Shown here piece after piece: positions 61,501 to 64,000 of a stretch of 64,000 bases of DNA. The stretch covers positions 9,577,751 to 9,641,750 of the forward strand of contig OZ037773.1 in assembly GCA_964035545.1 (NCBI GenBank), in the 5' to 3' direction. The number at the start of each line of letters is the position of its first letter. The first letter of the stretch is position 1. This DNA comes from Bugula neritina. Its lineage: Eukaryota; Animalia; Bryozoa. Below the pieces are notes generated by a model. The model was given only the letters and a program-made list of their open reading frames with translations, was not told the DNA's origin and made no database searches. Position numbers and translations under genes: made by a program.

Positions 61501-63719
61501 CATGCATCAACGTTTCATAGTGTTTTCTTAAGAAAAATCCTTAGCTAAAAGATTTTTAATCATAATATTAATTACGTGCACCTCTAAAAGATGCATTCTG
61601 TATATAGTGTTATTTGGGATGTTATAGTCGTGAAGTAGTTTACAATTTATATTCGCTTAGCATAATTAGTAAATTAATAAACTTATAATGCGTTTGTAGG
61701 ATATAAAATAATTGTCTTTCTTATTTGAAATGATAAATAAATGTTTACGGAAAAATACATATCACATGGCTGTGATGTAAGTTATTATAATGAATAAACT
61801 CATAATGAAATGACGTTGATGCAAAACTCTTGCATTTGTCGAAAGTCAATTCACCAAAAATCAAAAGCGATAAGTCACTTTAATGGCTACCAAAAGATGT
61901 GAATTGATTTTTTAAAATTAGTCTTTTATAAGCTGCAAAAATTGTATAATCATTAGTTGACAATTCTCTTGAAGTGTATGGATTAAAAATGCTTATATAA
62001 CTCTAATGTATTGAGTAACTCTGAATAATTTATAAGATAAAAACTTAATGATAAGACTCCAAATAAAGTGACATGTTTGTAACTCTATTTAACATTGATT
62101 TTTGAGAAATGTAAGTATTTATTGTATCTTGTATTCTTAGCATTTGGCTGTTGGTGTTTCAATAGAAACTATTGACAAGTTTAGCATATATACGTAAAAG
62201 CTGCGTAATTGTTAAGTTTTAAACAAACTCTATCATGGTAATATAAGATGCCCCACAAGCTAATGGCATAATTTGTACTGTATATCCTGTTTCTATAATC
62301 TTATCAATCCACATATAGTAATAAAAGTTAAAATAAACTTTTAATTTGAATCATTTTATAGGGTTTAATAATGAGTTTTAAATTTTATTCAACAACAATA
62401 GAATTCACAAAACTGTAATAATGTAAAACCATGATATAGAGATAAATTAATTAAAAAAATAAAATAGCATAAACCTTTCAAATTCCTCATAGTTAAAATA
62501 ACGTCAAAAGGAAATTTTGTCTATTGTTATATATATATTACAAATTATTGGTTGCTTTATCTCAAATAATGAGGTTTCCAAATACTATAATAAATGAGCC
62601 ATGCGGGTAAATGCTAAAATTATACAATTAAACTGCCAGCAACGCAAAACACATAAAAGTCATCTATAAAAGCTAATTAAGTATTGATTATATAATTATT
62701 TTAAAACTGTTTAATTTGTATATTTCTAATATTTTTGCATTTAAAAACTGTTTTAAAAAATTAGAAACCATGCAACTGCTTTTTATGAGGTTGACCTGCA
62801 GAAAAATTAATTTATATCTGACTACTTTTTGCAGCAAAAAACCTACAAATTTTTGCTAATTTCTGCAAGTTTATTATATATATTATACAAGTATATAAAC
62901 GTATTGCGACTTTTATTACTATAATGTATTCTGCTTTACTATTATTTCTGAAACTAATATAACGAAAAGCTCTATACGTACCCCATTGATCTTTTATAGC
63001 TCTACTGCACTCCAAAGATGACCTCCGACAGTTAACAGCACACTCAACCAAACTTCTAGTGGTAGAGATCTTGTTAACAGCAGACGTAGCGATAGTTAGA
63101 CTAATGTCCTTAGTCACATGACCAGTTTTAAGTTCGGGTAAATCTACCAATATTACAATATACTTGTAACACGTACAGCCCAATTTATTAGTTTTTTGTC
63201 AAAAAATTTATATTTGTAAATATCAAAGGATTAGAATGAAATGCACCAAATGCACAAATATAACTAATTATATAACGAAACTATATGTTCTATAATATAA
63301 ACAGTGATTATAAATTAGAGCCAATAATTTTCTATGCAATATATATGGATAATAACACAAGAAAACTACATTGTACAGTATAATTGATGCTGACGTAGAT
63401 CAGGTTTTTCCTAAAAATTGACAAACGACTTTGAGTATCTTATATTATAAATTTAACACTTGATAATAGTCATACAATAATTATTGCTAATTTAATCAAA
63501 CATTTAAAAAAAAATAGTTAGTTCCTATAACTGAATGTTTTGTTGTGGCTTTTACTACTTTAAAAGCATTATAATCCTTACAAGATGTTAATGTTATATT
63601 ATAAGAAACAATTATATACAGTAATTATTTTTTGTTATGACATACTTACACTGAATACTTTCAGCTGCTTCAATTCTTGGAAATACCAAGAAAATAACAT
63701 GGAAAACCAACACCAGCAT
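54448..63719 (-). CDS. Secreted protein: signal peptide + PAN/apple-like + follistatin-N-like + 3 x CTHRC1 C-terminal domains (~621 aa, 14 exons)
   Basis: Exons (minus) 63719-63650, 63143-62982, 61381-61272, 60748-60658, 60305-60205, 59818-59623, 58948-58796, 58401-58289, 57338-57232, 56669-56560, 56100-55927, 55527-55323, 54986-54889, 54623-54448; phase-consistent (1866 nt). Signal peptide MLVLVFHVIFLVFPRIEA; RSLVECAVNC..C..KCY; CDGKECSEQEVC..PVCV. Three copies of T[YF]xK..[DS]..LR....RWY[LIF]x[FI][DN]..C....G.C......TG......E, resembling the CTHRC1 C-domain. Confidence 0.85.
58008..58290. repeat. ~17-22-bp minisatellite whose unit (minus strand CAAG|GTARTATC) copies the adjacent 5' splice site, ~14 copies
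   Basis: The true donor CTGAAG|GTAATAT at 58289/58288 is followed in the intron by repeated TGTCAAGGTAATATC and ATCAAGGTAGTATC. Confidence 0.9.
58486..58682. repeat. (TA)n followed by a TGTCACATGACTA-containing minisatellite
   Basis: Direct inspection; another (TA)n lies at 56447-56476. Confidence 0.85.
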
Positions 63720-64000
63720 TGTTGCATTAGTTTATGGTGAGGTTCTGCAAAAATCTAATAAACATAAGGAATTAGGCTTCATTTAAATATCAGAAAAGTA
63801 TTGATTTTGAGAAATTTCCTATGTAGTTGCAACATGGGAAGACAATTCTTAACTGATTAATTTGCATAACATTATGAGTAGTTATATTAAATAGTTAAAA
63901 TGGAAGGCAGGCAATAAAGGAAGTTGATTCTTTGACACTGACGTTTGTTTAAACCTTTGGTTTGTCTAAAGTATCCATTATACTTGTGATGATCTCTGGT

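Overview
AT-rich, intron-dense animal genomic DNA, probably a marine invertebrate or lophotrochozoan (inferred from gene content; the species cannot be assigned). Walking GT-AG splice sites by hand with phase checks gave six multi-exon genes. (1) An ankyrin-repeat Ser/Thr kinase (+, 3677-12184) whose last exon is tandemly duplicated (12952-13154). (2) Rab27 (+, 29112-33623). (3) An ~809-aa low-complexity protein starting MGCTPSC, with no family I recognise (-, 41005-34277). (4) MBIP (-, 44569-41552). (5) A galectin with THREE carbohydrate-recognition domains (+, 47388-53627). (6) A secreted protein with signal peptide, PAN/apple-like, follistatin-N-like and THREE CTHRC1 C-terminal domains but no collagen helix (-, 63719-54448). 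Two small candidate microprotein genes lie at ~18 kb and ~23.5 kb. Non-coding sequence holds a ~63-bp satellite with a 4-mer higher-order repeat, a decayed hAT transposase, a candidate solo LTR, tRNA-type SINE copies, a long (CT)n and many intronic minisatellites, several built from copies of the adjacent splice site. The most striking feature is the convergent pair of triple-domain genes (3xCRD galectin and 3xCTHRC1-C). All models are manual and unverified by RNA-seq or database search.
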